Assembly: GCF_018977255.1 (NCBI RefSeq)
Contig: NW_024704742.1
Span: 58,592,001 to 58,656,000 of the forward strand
Length of the DNA: 64,000 nucleotides
From: Callorhinchus milii
Taxonomy: Eukaryota
Direction of reading: 5' to 3'
In this document: positions 38,587-51,054 of the stretch, one piece after another
How positions within the stretch are numbered: the first letter of the stretch is position 1
Layout: each line of letters opens with the position of its first letter
Notes under the pieces: generated by a model
What the model saw: the letters and a program-made list of their open reading frames with translations, nothing else
What the model was told of the DNA's origin: nothing
Databases searched by the model: none
Program-made: the position numbers and the translations under genes

Positions 38587-38953
38587 ATAATACTTGCATT
38601 TGATAATAGCGCCTTATCACATCTTCGAGACGTATCAAAGTGCTTCACAGAATATACTGTAAAGTGAATTGACTGTATATTTCGTGGGCAAAACTGGGTA
38701 GCCAATTGTGCACAGCAGTGTCCAACAAGCAGTCGTGGATTGATTGACCAATTTATTATTATTATTTTTGAAGCAATTTCTAACCCCGGAAAAGCGATCC
38801 ACCAATCGACTAACAACCGGGTTCCTACTTACTGCTAGGTAAATAGAGACGTGTGGAGTAAGGAAACTTGCCCAGCATTTCACCCTGCCGGGAATCAAAC
38901 CCGGGTCTCTCGCTTGTGAGGCGAGTGCTCTAATCACTGAGCTACAGGAATCC
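38587..38953 (-). mobile_element. Young tRNA-Ala-headed SINE, full length, long subtype
   Basis: Head ggattcctgtagctcagtgattagagcactcgcc, insert block tttacctagcagtaagtaggaacccggttgttagtcgattgg and shared tail. Confidence 0.9.
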
Positions 38954-40999
38954 ACACAGAGACAAAAATGAAAACTTTACAATGTGTGTAAATGTTGTAC
39001 TTAGTGGCACATAGGATATTCCCGGTTTGTGCTGAGTTCACTGACATTATAGACTCTAAGCCAGGTTGACACCTAAATATCTCGAACTGGGGAGGCAAGA
39101 ATGTGCATTGCATCAGGTGAAGATCGGAAACACTTCATTTACCAGTCTGCCACTGCACTCACACACTGAATGATTCCTTGCACTCCTCCATTTTACTTGA
39201 AAGTCTCATCATCTCACACCAATTTGTCTAAAACGTCAGAGCACCAAAGACTCATGATGTGATAGTACAGGCAGGTTAATTTGATGACCGGTTCTTAAAA
39301 TGATAACTCTGGGGCATTACCAGGCGACATGAAACTTAGGAAAAACAGTTAGTTTCTGTTTATATGAGATGCAAATTCTGGAGAATTAAAAGAGACATCA
39401 GATGGTGCTAACATTGCACTGCAATTCACTGCACAACCCACTACTAATCCAATGGTTTATATGTAAGCTTGATACCCAAATTAGGTTTTCATATCAGGCA
39501 CTAACTCTGCCAAAGATACACACTCAAATTAAAGTGGATAAACTCATCAATGCATGTAAATGGCTGGATGAGCACAAATCCCACTCAAATTGATGCCATT
39601 TGAAAAATTAAGATGCTTTTAATGCCCTGATATGTTGTGCCACACTGACACATACTTACTGTGATCAGATCAATGTATGCACTTTGTAACCAAGATTTTA
39701 GTGCACACGGACATGGAAAGCGGAGGTGCAGTGGTTGGAGGAGGGAGCAAAGTATCAGCTTTTGTACATTTCCAAAGATCTCCTGAGTAGACAGGTGTGT
39801 AATACCCATCCATCAGCGCTCCAGAAGGGCAGAGATTTATCCAGAAATCTTAAATCCCTGATGTACTCGTAGTTTGTCAAACAGACACCAGAGATGAGTC
39901 ATAGTATATCAAACAAAACAATGGAGCAAAAGGTTTGGCTCAGGTAATGATGTATGTTCATGATTAGGTACGTGGAATATAAACCTAGCCACCTCCGCTC
40001 CTGTTTTTGCTTTTATTCTTAAAACATTTTGCAAAATAACCCACTTGGAAAATGCTGTAATGCTACTCCTTATAGTGTATTTTCTGTGTGTTCAGCTCTC
40101 CAAATTGTCCCCACATGTAGTGATGTGATAGACTGCATTCTACCCACCGTTGACACGTTCACAGTATAAGTCTAAACTACTTAAATCCCCAAAAATCTGT
40201 GTAACAGAATACTCATCCGACTTAAAAACTCTAGCCTATATCTGTCCAAATATTTCATTCATAAGGAATGGGTGACAAGGCCACTGGATCTATAGGCAGA
40301 AGATATTTCCTTATTGTTGGTGTCAGTACTATCCCCAGAGCAAACATTGCTCTCATTATATGTGTCCACTTACTGTTATAAGGGATGAAGTCATCCCAGC
40401 ACTTCATTGTCTGTGACTGAGAGCAGCCAACACAAGATGCAAACAGATGGCGAGCAGCTTGGCAACTTGTTACAACTTAAGATTCAAAGTTAATTAGCAA
40501 TGAAATTTAATTTCAGCTCCTCCACTATTTTATGAGTTTTCTGTTGACCTTTTCAAGAATACAGAAAAGCCAAATTTCAAATCCCGTGTCAGCGCATGCA
40601 GATAGTGCTTTGCTGTTCTGACTATTGCTGCTTAAAACAATGTACAAACGGACAGGCAAAGGGAAGCTTGCCAGACAGTGCTTTCAATGGCAATCTGTGC
40701 AGTGTTAGTGGGTTAAATACTAACAACATACCAGCGCACACTCTGGAGTCCCCAAGCCTTGGCTCTTGTCCACCTGAGCCAAATACTTTCCAGTATTAGG
40801 TAAGCATGGTGCTTCCCTCTAGGCAGAGGGTGAGCAATCCATTCCAGACACAGGGAAATTTTCATATGTTGGTGGCAAACAGATGTGGAGTCTGGTTTGG
40901 ATACAGTTAAGTATAGTGATGGGTATCCGCATGTATCAGCCACCTGAGCGACCAGAAAACAATTCTATCCAAGCATATCTCCTGTTGCAGTCAGTTTGA

Positions 41000-41420
41000 A
41001 TGAGGGGTAAACTTTAGTCCTAGGGATGTTAGTTGACTCGGCACTCACTCTTGTCAAAACACGGTGAGGCAGCAACAAAGAAGGCAAAAAAATGCTAGAC
41101 AACATTGCTAAATCAGTAGAGTTTAGATCTCCAGATACCATACTTAGGCTGTGCAGTGCCCTGGTCAGACTGTACCTTGAATGCAGTTCTGGTTACCTTA
41201 ATATAAGGTTCCCGAGCTCCTAGAGGAATGCAGAGGAGAGCAACAAGGATGATTGCCCGTTGTTGGAGGCATGGGCCTCTAACAATGGGCAACAATTAGA
41301 CAAGCTGGAGCACTTTACTCTTGAGTGAAGACAATTCGGAGGGGACCTCATAAAGGTGTACAACATTTTAAATGGCGTTGAAAAAGTAAACCCAGATCAA
41401 TACTTTAGGATGATTCAAGA
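41000..41420 (+). mobile_element. CR1 LINE ORF2 C-terminal remnant
   Basis: GDLIKVYNILNGVEKV at about 41341 and an upstream ALVR..L / LEECRGE-like decayed segment. Confidence 0.75.
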
Positions 41421-44274
41421 AAAATCTTGGTCAACGAACGGATGTAGGTTTTGAAGCAGAGCCTAGGGTCAAACAGAAAACAGCTTGACCTGACAGCAAG
41501 TGTGGCAAATGACGAGAGAGTTTCAATTTGAGCATTTAATCCTGGTCATTTATTCACCATCCTATTTTATGACTGGATTATCTGAATTTGAAAATGGAGG
41601 TACTCTGGCAGCAGGTCAAACTGTGTGAAGGCAGAACATTTTCTTTTGTTTCACATTCTGGATAACTGCTGCTTGTATTTGTTTTAAAAAAGTCATCTGC
41701 CCGTGTTTGAACAACTACGAACATCCACATAAGATTAGTATTAATTATAGTGCTTGTGTTTGATATAGCGCCTTTCACATCAAGAGGACGTCTCAAAACG
41801 CTTCACAGGATTGACTGTAAAGTGTTTTTGTGCTTAGTAGGTGATATTACTGTTCCTTTAAGAACACATCGTAACACAGTGATGGATGACATCCACAACA
41901 CAATCACCACTTATTTACTGCAAGTTGCTTTTCAACTCACTTTTTCCATTGTTAGTGTTCTGAGGACAGCTCACTGGAGATCTTCAAATATAGTGCTTGT
42001 TGCCCAAGGGGCACAACAGTCGACAAATACAGCAAACCTATGTTAATGCTGTGGGGCTTTTGTGCAAGTGAGAGGAAGCTGTCCTCAACCATGTCAGATG
42101 AACTATCCTATTCACTCCATAAAGCTTTGTGAAAGCAGTACAGCGGCAGTAGGTAATGTGCACACAGAACAAAAAAACACACCCTCTCTCGCAGATAATT
42201 TTTTTTCCTTATGCAGAGCAAGTTGCTTTTTTTAAGCAGTGAAATAGCACTCTGCTCTCAAAATAAGCCTAATTTTGCCAAAACAATTTATAAAGGTCAT
42301 TATAATTTATAAGTTACATAAGGGTCTTTTTCATTGCTTTACATACTGCACTTATTGCACTGACTGTATAATTTCTCTTAATGTAGTACGATAACAGTTA
42401 ATTTAGTGAACGCTTAGGAGGTCATTGCCATGGCAAATCTATGCATAGGACACCTGCTCGATTTTGCCATGGTTTGCAGCTTTCTTTCCCACAAGATAAA
42501 TGGCAGCGGTCAATGCATGAAACAAAACCGAAGGAGCGTCTGAATTCCAAAGGAACATCATTAAAAATCCTGCTGGAAAACTTGATGGAATCATCTCAAG
42601 ATTCAAGCTGATTCACGGATTTCGCCTTTTCAAAGTTTATTCCGCAATCCAGAATATTTTTTCCCAGTAGACTTGATAAAAAATGATTAAAAAGCTTTGA
42701 AGCAAAGGATAGGACAAACTCAGAATGATCATATCCGTCACAAACCATTAATGTTAAAGCTGATAATATTTCCAATTAATTTGATAATTAATCAAAAGTG
42801 TACCATAAGTAGGCAGGAACCATTAAAAGGAAATTGAAAAGTCTCCATTGCGACTCAATGTAGAAGTACTTGCTTTGATTAATAATAGAAGCACAGATAT
42901 AAAATGAATGATTTTGATTCAGTTCTTTTGACCTCAGATAATAATCCTATCTTGGATTTAAATAACGTTAGTTCACGCTCAGTCTGTCTGACTTAATTCA
43001 GATCATGTTTTATTGATACTTTTTTGCTCTGTCATTCTGGCACCAAGCCTTTCAGACTGAAACTGTAATAAAGAGAATTCCTCTCAGCATTCTTACTTCG
43101 ATATAGGCAGCCTTGGCGATCAAAAACCTATAGATAAATGAAGCACCCTTCATTCCCTTTATTATTTTAGTTTGATCCAATCAAATACCCCTCTCCACCT
43201 ATCAGGGTACAAACAAACCAGCAATATGGAACCCGCAAGGCAAAGTCACCATTTGTCATTATCTTTCGCCCACACACCACCCTGCTTCCCACCACAACCA
43301 CTCACACGCTACTGCTAGTTTTATAATTATTTTTGATGAAGATCTTTTGAAAATGGTAAAAATCGATCTGCGATTCAGGAGACACAGCCAAAGTTTGAAA
43401 GGCTGCAAGTTGCAGTCTTTGGTATCATAAGAGTTGGGAGAGGGAGTGGGAGAGGAATTACATCAGATTGTCATCTTCATCAGATGTACAAATGCTGGTG
43501 CCATGTTATTTCGGATTGAGGTCACAAGCTGCACTTGTTCTAAACAGTTTGAGGCACAGAAAACCTGTTTCTTGCATTTATGAATTTTAAACAGAAAAAA
43601 CGTTAATGGATCAACACCAATGGTTTATAGTGTGATGTAGAGATGTGCATTCGAAAGTGTGACAGTGGCTTTAAATACACGAGTCTTACACCTAAAGCAC
43701 AAGGCTTGACAAATCTACATCGACATTCCAGTCTTCGCATTAATTATCGTTGATCAGGCTAAATTTACCTGTACATTTTATGGAAGTATTTTTCTACAGA
43801 AAAAAGACAAGTTGTCATTGCCATGGCCCTTGAGAGGTCCGAGGCATTCTGATTCCCAACGGACTTTTGTTTCTGAAGAATGAACACAACTGAATTCACA
43901 AGTTGGTTAGTGACAGACTCTTCCTGCTCGTAGGGGATCCAAAACAAAGGGATAATCTTAACATTAGACCTAAGTCAATTAGAAGTTAGCTCAGGAAGAT
44001 TTCTTCACACATGTTGAGCGAAGGCTGTGCAAGGAGAATCAATTAGGTTGTTTAATAGGGAAATAAGATAGGGGGTCAGGAAAGAAGAGTATTAAGGGAT
44101 ATAGAGAAAAAGAGAAGAAATGGGTTCAAAAGATTTACTGTGATTCAATAAATGGCAGACCAGGTTTGAATGGGCAGAATGGCTTACTCCTCAGGAACAG
44201 ACAGCAGATTTCTTAGTTTAAGTAAGACAATGTTCATGTGTCCCATTTGTACCTAATAAAAAGGAAAAGCCTCT

Positions 44275-44580
44275 TAGTTGTCTTCAAATCCTTCCAGCTC
44301 AAGCAAGTTACATTGCGTGGCACTGTTCAGAGTATTCTTTCTCAGTACATGGACCTCTCAGCTCTTTGTTTACTGATAATAATCTGATTCTATTGACTAC
44401 AGTATCATTTATAAATATTGTAAGATCAAGCTTTATTTTCCGTAAAGAAAATTTAAATCTCTGTAAAAGAAAATCTTCCAAACAGATTTGGTTCATCGTT
44501 TTTCCATTGTTTCTTATCCTTCCTCTATGAAATGCTCCAAACTGTACACAATACTCTAGTTTGGCCATCTAAATTCTTAC
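44275..44580 (-). mobile_element. CR1 LINE remnant
   Basis: KLEYCVQFG (CR1 HLEYCVQFW motif) in ORF 44308-44568. Confidence 0.65.
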
Positions 44581-44609
44581 ATGAGTGCAATATAAATTAA
44601 AAATGTTAA

Positions 44610-44787
44610 AATGTGGTCACTCAATCCAAGACTGTTGGTGGGACAATTCTGTGTGCAATTGGCTGGTGTGTGTCACCCACAAAATATACAGTTAATTCCC
44701 TTTACAGTATATTCTATGAAGCACTTTGAGACATCTCAAAGATGTGATAAGACACTTTATCAAATGCAAGGACTCTTATTATTATTA
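44610..44787 (+). mobile_element. 5'-truncated young SINE (3' half)
   Basis: Matches the SINE tail. Other tail-only copies at about 5709-5803, 6590-6705, 16930-17030, 25236-25418, 47878-47947, 52768-52850 and 57019-57123. Confidence 0.8.
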
Positions 44788-45279
44788 TCTAGATTGCACT
44801 AATTGCAGAGTAATGACATTACAGCTTTAAAGTGCACAGATTAAAGTTCTATCCGAAAATACTTAAAAGACCATATTTCTCACGAACAGTCTATCAAAGA
44901 CCTATAGGGTGGAATATTGTTTTCGCTGGTAGGTAAAGTTAACTGATCTTAGTGGCATGCGTTTATAATGGGATTTCTCCACCATAAGTCCATCATAAGC
45001 AACATCAGTAACTGCACAAATCAGTGCAAGGTCTTTCCTTCAAGCTACCAAGGAAGTCTAATGAAAGCTTTGCACGCTGTACTTTCACCTCTGGTTGACG
45101 TTTCTACTATCTCCTTGTGTGATAAGGGAAATGGTTTTAAGTAATCTCAAATCTTTGTGTAAAGTACCAATAATTCAGCATCAACTGGTGCTCGCTCACA
45201 GAGAGGGCAAAATGTGAGTTGTTTGGAAGAAAGGTAGCATCACATTTGTGTACTGTGGACTGCTCTTCTAAGATTGAAG

Positions 45280-45497
45280 TTCCACCAGATTTACTGTATA
45301 TGCTCAACATTTCAGAATCTCCAGAAATTTGCAAATCCTTGAATTCAGTCTTAATTTTGATATAGGTTTTCTGTGAGTTTATTTTACAAAACTACAGAAA
45401 ACTGGCTTCAAAGTTAATACTGAATTCAGCAAATTGCCAAATTCTGGACTCCCTGAAATGCTACATAAATAGGTAAATGTAGACCCAGGTGGAATTT
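45280..45497. repeat. Palindromic MITE-like repeat, copy 2
   Basis: 45308-45460 is an imperfect palindrome along its whole length (catttcag...tgaattcagt...ttttctgt / acagaaaa...actgaattca...ctgaaatg). Confidence 0.7.
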
Positions 45498-48180
45498 CTA
45501 CCCCTTGGTTGGGTGATACCAGAGTAGCAAATAACTCTAAAGAATGCTGGTACTGTAAGCAAAATAGGGAAAATGTGTCCTTCTATAAAGTAATGACATC
45601 CCTGACCTAAGCAGCACAAAAATCCTCCTTCCCTCAAATAATTATGAACAATTTTTTGGCAAAAGATTGATGCAGCACATCTTACTTTCAAGGCTATTGT
45701 GCAGTGTGTCAGGTTGGTTGCGTTACATTTAAGAAATACAAGTTACACTACTTTGCACAGTACTTATTTACCAATGATTTTCTGCACTGTAGAAAAAGCC
45801 CTGAGTAGATTTATATCGAAAATACTTCCTCTTTAACAACAGCTTATTCTTGTTTGCCAAGTGCTCTGATTCAACAGCAAATACATTTTTAATGAGAGCA
45901 CTTTTGAAGGCTTGTTGGTTGAAACATTTGGATGCACTTTGTTGAGTTTTAGCAAGGAAATATTTTGAAAGGCACTGTTATGTACATTGGTAAAATGAAA
46001 CACAAGAAAAGGCATTGCTATTCAAGTCAGACTCCCTACTGCTCTGTTAATATAGCTCTTACTCAAGAAAGCAAGACAGGCACAACATATATTCTGTCAA
46101 ATTTCAGATAACATCTTCACATTCCCTCACGTTCCTTCCTGCAGGGACCTTTTGAGCTATGATTTTCTCTTGTAATAAGACTGTTAGCTAGAGAGATCTC
46201 TACTGGAAAGTACATGGTTCTGGACATTCGGTCAGGACTGGATTGGGCACAGATGTAATATCCCTTCCTCCCAATATTAAACGTTCTGTCAAGACTCACT
46301 GTTGACGCTGGCATATGATAATAGACACTTGGGGACCGGTGGAAATGTATCCGAGTAAATAGAAACAAGAAAGCCAAATGGCAAGCCAAGAGGGAGAGGC
46401 ATTGGAGGAAAAATTATTTAATCATAAACAAAATAGATAGTTAATCAACCTCCATTTGGCTAGCAAGCTAACATGTTTCAGGGCTAATATATTGGCCAAA
46501 ATGAACTTCAAAAGTGCCAGATTCATTGAATGAAATATCAACCAAACTTTCCTGAGCTTTATGGCCAGAGATAAAAATTAGTAAAATTAACATCACATGG
46601 CTGTCAGTACTCAATGCTGGAGCCTTATTCTGAGAACCATTTTGGGTTTACAAGCATTCAATTCACTCGTCCTTTTAAATAAACTGCAGCAATTCTCAAT
46701 TACAGGACAATTTTGTAAGTTGAAAGTCTCAGCAATCTTTGTGTGCCCTCCCCGATGTAGAAATTAGACCATCAGTAAAACATAAAAATGTGCTTCAACA
46801 CTGAAATAACCCTTCAAGGAAAAAAGTTAGATTTGAATGATGATAGTAAAAGGGTGGACAAGCACAAGTTATATATTCGGTCGTTTCAGTTCAAAAGACA
46901 AAACTGTAATCCACAGTTTAATGTGTCTGAATCAATCATTTTGACAATCTCAGGGTGTAGGTGAGCAGATTTCTCACTTTCAGAAATAAAAGACAACACT
47001 CTGGAAACAGCCTGGAATTGAACACAGCAGGACATGTCTCTCCAATTGTTTTTTTTATTTATTCAGGAGTCTCTCTGGTCAATGACTGACTGACGTTTTC
47101 GGGGATTCAGCTGTTCTGGAACACAGCTCGGTCTCCGGGGGAATAGTTTAACTAACATTTCAATATTTTCATTGCTGCAGTAAAGATGTTATTCATTCCA
47201 CAAATCAATACTTACCCACCTCTCTCCCGTGTCCCCAACTCCCCTCCCACCCAAAATTGGTGAAAGACTACGCAACCAAAAACATACAATTTTCTTTCTC
47301 CATGCAAATACTGTATATACAATGTCTAATGGCAGTGTATAAATTAAGTGTAGCAAGCGCCAGTTGAGGTGGTGTGTTTATCTTGTACTTTTTTATAGGA
47401 ACACCACAATTGTGGAAAGCAATTCAGAGCCAATATTATAATAATGCTATAAGACAGTATATCAAATGCAAGGATTATTATTAATATAAATTGAGCCTAA
47501 TGCAGCATGAATCCTGTTTGAGCTCTGATCCTAACACCACCTAGATGAACAAGATTATCCCCCACTCCAGCGAAAAGGTGGTGGGTGTGAATCTTCTTTG
47601 ACTCACTGTGCCATAAGTCACTCTTAAAAGGTCTTGGATGCCTGAGATTCAGGCCGACCATTGTGTTAAATGTTATTAAACTACTGATTTTCCAACCGAG
47701 TTAAGGTGGGGAGTGTGAATCAGGCTTCCTGCTCCAGGCAGTACAGAGAGGGCACAAATTCAAGAAAATATTAATGGGGGAGGTTGGCGGTGGTTTGAAT
47801 GTGAAATCTCTGCCACAAGTTAGAAGGCAGAGTCTGAAAATTATAAAGGGAATTAGTAAGAAGCTTGAAGAGGAGCACAAGCGCTTTGGGACGTCCTCCC
47901 GACGTGAAAAGCGCTATATCAAATGCAAGGATTATTATTATTATTATAATGTTGAAAAGTATGGGGAACAAGTAGGAAATTATGATTTGATGGTTCATGT
48001 GGCAATAAACTCTGTTAGAAATTTTCTAAATTTCTGTTAGAAAATAATATCTTGGAATACAATATATAGTTTGGGACACAGTATGTCAAGCGATTGGCAA
48101 GATGGTGGAAGGCGAACTGGATGCAACTTGATCTTTCGCCTAGCAAACGCTTATGTTCTTGTGAAGCTTGTGAACAAGCT

Positions 48181-48555
48181 TCACAAGTGAGAGGTCCCAA
48201 TTCTTGGGTAGGGAGAAACTTCAGGCAAGTTTCCTTGCTCCACACTTACTAGCAGTAAGGAGGAACCTCTGAGACACTACCCTGGGTCGAGGGCGCTATA
48301 TAAGTGAAAGTTGTTGTTGTTGAACCTGGTTGTTAGTTGATTGGCAGATGGCTTTCCACGGGTATATAACCCCTTTTTAAAAAAATTGGTTACTGAAATC
48401 ACAACTGTTTGTGGGGCACTGTTGTGTGCAATTGGCTTCCACGTTTCGCCCATAAAATATAGTCAATTCACTTTAACAGTATATTCTGTGAAATGCTTTG
48501 AGATGTCTCAATGACATGATAATGCGCTATATCATACACAAAGATTATTATTATT
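48181..48555 (+). mobile_element. tRNA-Ala-headed SINE (long subtype) with a nested 54-bp L2 tail
   Basis: SINE body interrupted at 48268-48321 by ...gcgctatataagtgaaagttgttgttgtt, flanked by gaacc on both sides. Confidence 0.8.
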
Positions 48556-49059
48556 AATAATAAACAGCAGCAGAGTTGATGGGCCAAACAGTCTGTTTCT
48601 GTGCTATAAAATTCTATGATTCTGTAACATTGGTATAATGCCAGGAATGAAACACTTTTATGACAGGATTATGTTAACGTTCCCTTTAGCTACTCCAGCT
48701 CCTAAATCCAGCATCAGAAGAGCACCCCTGCTGCATCAGAGTAATATTTTCATTTTCTGCACAAATGGTTCTTACAATTTCTTCTGAGTAAGAATGCTCC
48801 ATTAGTGTTGAATTGTATCTAGTTGTGGTTGTCAGACCTTATGGGTGTCAGATCTGTCGGCTGAGAACTGGATTGAAGTTGGCCAAAATAACATCAGACA
48901 TAGACATTCAGAGAGAAGGTCTGCATCCCATCAGTCTTGACTGGATTCATCTCAGATTCAACGCAAAAACTTGTCCACACTGTCCACATTTTGTTTTTCA
49001 AAGTCTGGCATTGTTGACAAAAACATTTCATCTTTCGAGACTAAGAATAACACAGTTAT

Positions 49060-49986
49060 GGAGCTCTCTAGCTTAATTGTTAGAGCACTCGCCTCGCAAG
49101 CGAGAGGATGTGGGTTTGATTCCCAGGCAGACGAAACGTTGGGCAAGTTTCCTAACTCCACGCACCTCTGTTTACGTAGCAGTATGTAAGAACCCAGTTG
49201 TTAGTCGATTGGTGAATTGCTTTTCCGGTGGTAATAATCCCTTCAAAAAAAAATAATAATAATAATTTGGCCACTCAATCCACGAGTGTTTGCAGGACAC
49301 TGCTGTGCACAATTGGCTGCCGCGTTTCACACACAGTCACTGCACTTTACAGTATATACATACAGGTAGTTTTTGTTAATACCACAAATCAATTTACACT
49401 CCCATCTGTATATCACTCTGATTTGAAGTTTAAACGCATTAAATGGATTATCCTCCCAGCAGGAAAGGTGCTATATAAATGTAATTTGTTGTTGTTAAAC
49501 ACAAGGGAGTTTCTCCCAGAGTCCTACAATCCTTCAGATGAAATTAGTCATTACATTTTACAGCAATCCTGTGGAGCGCTTTGAGGTGACTAATCGACGT
49601 GATAATGCACTGCATCAAATATAAAGGTGATTATTATTATAATATCAAATGTAACTTAACAGCATTGCACACTAGCTGGCAATGCAGTTTTCTGCCTCAG
49701 TTGACCAAAGTAATCTTGAATAGGTGAGAAGTCAACTGTTCATTCATTTGGGAGTTTTCATCTTAGCAACGTGATTTAACATTAATTCTTCCACTTGATT
49801 GAATTTTCAAATCTATTTCTGGGTGGTATTAGCCTAGTTTTTTTTGAACGATCTATGAAAATTTACATTCACAAAGTGCATGTCAAACAGATGCAGCTCA
49901 ATTACATTAACAATTACAGTATATTCTGTGAAGCGCTTTGAGATGTCTCGAAGACGTGATAAGGCGCTGTATCAAATTATTATTAT
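49060..49986 (+). mobile_element. Young tRNA-Ala-headed SINE (long subtype) split by a templated insertion
   Basis: SINE 5' part 49060-49357 and 3' part 49914-49986; the intervening DNA is copied from downstream. Confidence 0.85.
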
Positions 49987-50065
49987 AATATCAATTCTTC
50001 AGTGATATACAGATGGGAGTGTAAATTGATTTGTGGTATTAACAAAAACTACCTGTATGTATATA
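49353..50065. repeat. 65-bp perfect inverted repeat (49353-49417 and 50001-50065)
   Basis: tatatacatacaggtagtttttg...ctgtatatcact is the exact reverse complement of agtgatatacag...cctgtatgtatata. Confidence 0.95.
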
Positions 50066-50819
50066 GCATCCTTCATGCAAAGGGGGGCCTGTGTGGCATC
50101 TCAGAGAGCTCAACAATGGTGTAATTTGTGGCCATGCTTGGGAGAAAGGGCAGGTGACAGGAGGCACATCAAAGATAAAATCCTTCAGGTACAATCTAAA
50201 GACAGGCAAAGAGGGACAAGGCGGAGGGATTGAGGCAGGGGCTTTGGGATACAGTGACTGAAAGCACAGTTTTTATATGTGACTGACAAGGTAGGGCGTG
50301 ATCAAACGTAAGAAATTGTCTGCCTCTGATTTGAAGTTTAAACGCATTAAATGGATTATCCTCCCAGCAGGAAAGGTGCTATATAAATGTAATTTGTTGT
50401 TGTTAAACACAAGGGAGTTTCTCCCAGAGTCCTACAATCCTTCAGATGAAATTAGTCATTACATTTTACAGCAATCCTGTGGAGCGCTTTGAGGTGACTA
50501 ATCGACGTGATAATGCACTGCATCAAATATAAAGGTGATTATTATTATAATATCAAATGTAACTTAACAGCATTGCACACTAGCTGGCAATGCAGTTTTC
50601 TGCCTCAGTTGACCAAAGTAATCTTGAATAGGTGAGAAGTCAACTGTTCATTCATTTGGGAGTTTTCATCTTAGCAACGTGATTTAACATTAATTCTTCC
50701 ACTTGATTGAATTTTCAAATCTATTTCTGGGTGGTATTAGCCTAGTTTTTTTTGAACGATCTATGAAAATTTACATTCACAAAGTGCATGTCAAACAGAT
50801 GCAGCTCAATTACATTAAC
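49416..50819 (+). repeat. 496-bp direct repeat (49416-49911 and 50324-50819)
   Basis: Identical by eye from ctctgatttgaag to attacattaac, offset 908 bp. The ORF track shows the same peptide (SDLKFKRIKW...SCGAL) twice. Confidence 0.95.
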
Positions 50820-51054
50820 GTTAATGCAATTCAGTTTAACTTTCTTAAACCAAAATGTTTCAGAGTGATTTGAACAAAAATCTAGATCTTTGTCTACCTG
50901 CAACGAATGAGAAAGCCCTAGTTAAACAAATGAATATTAGTGTCCACTGGAAAGTCAGGCAGGAACTTGGCATATGTGGACGTAACTCAGACTGAGTTCA
51001 TGTGTTGGCAGCACTCTCGCCTCTTGAGTCAGAAGCTTGTATGGCCTCAGCCCT

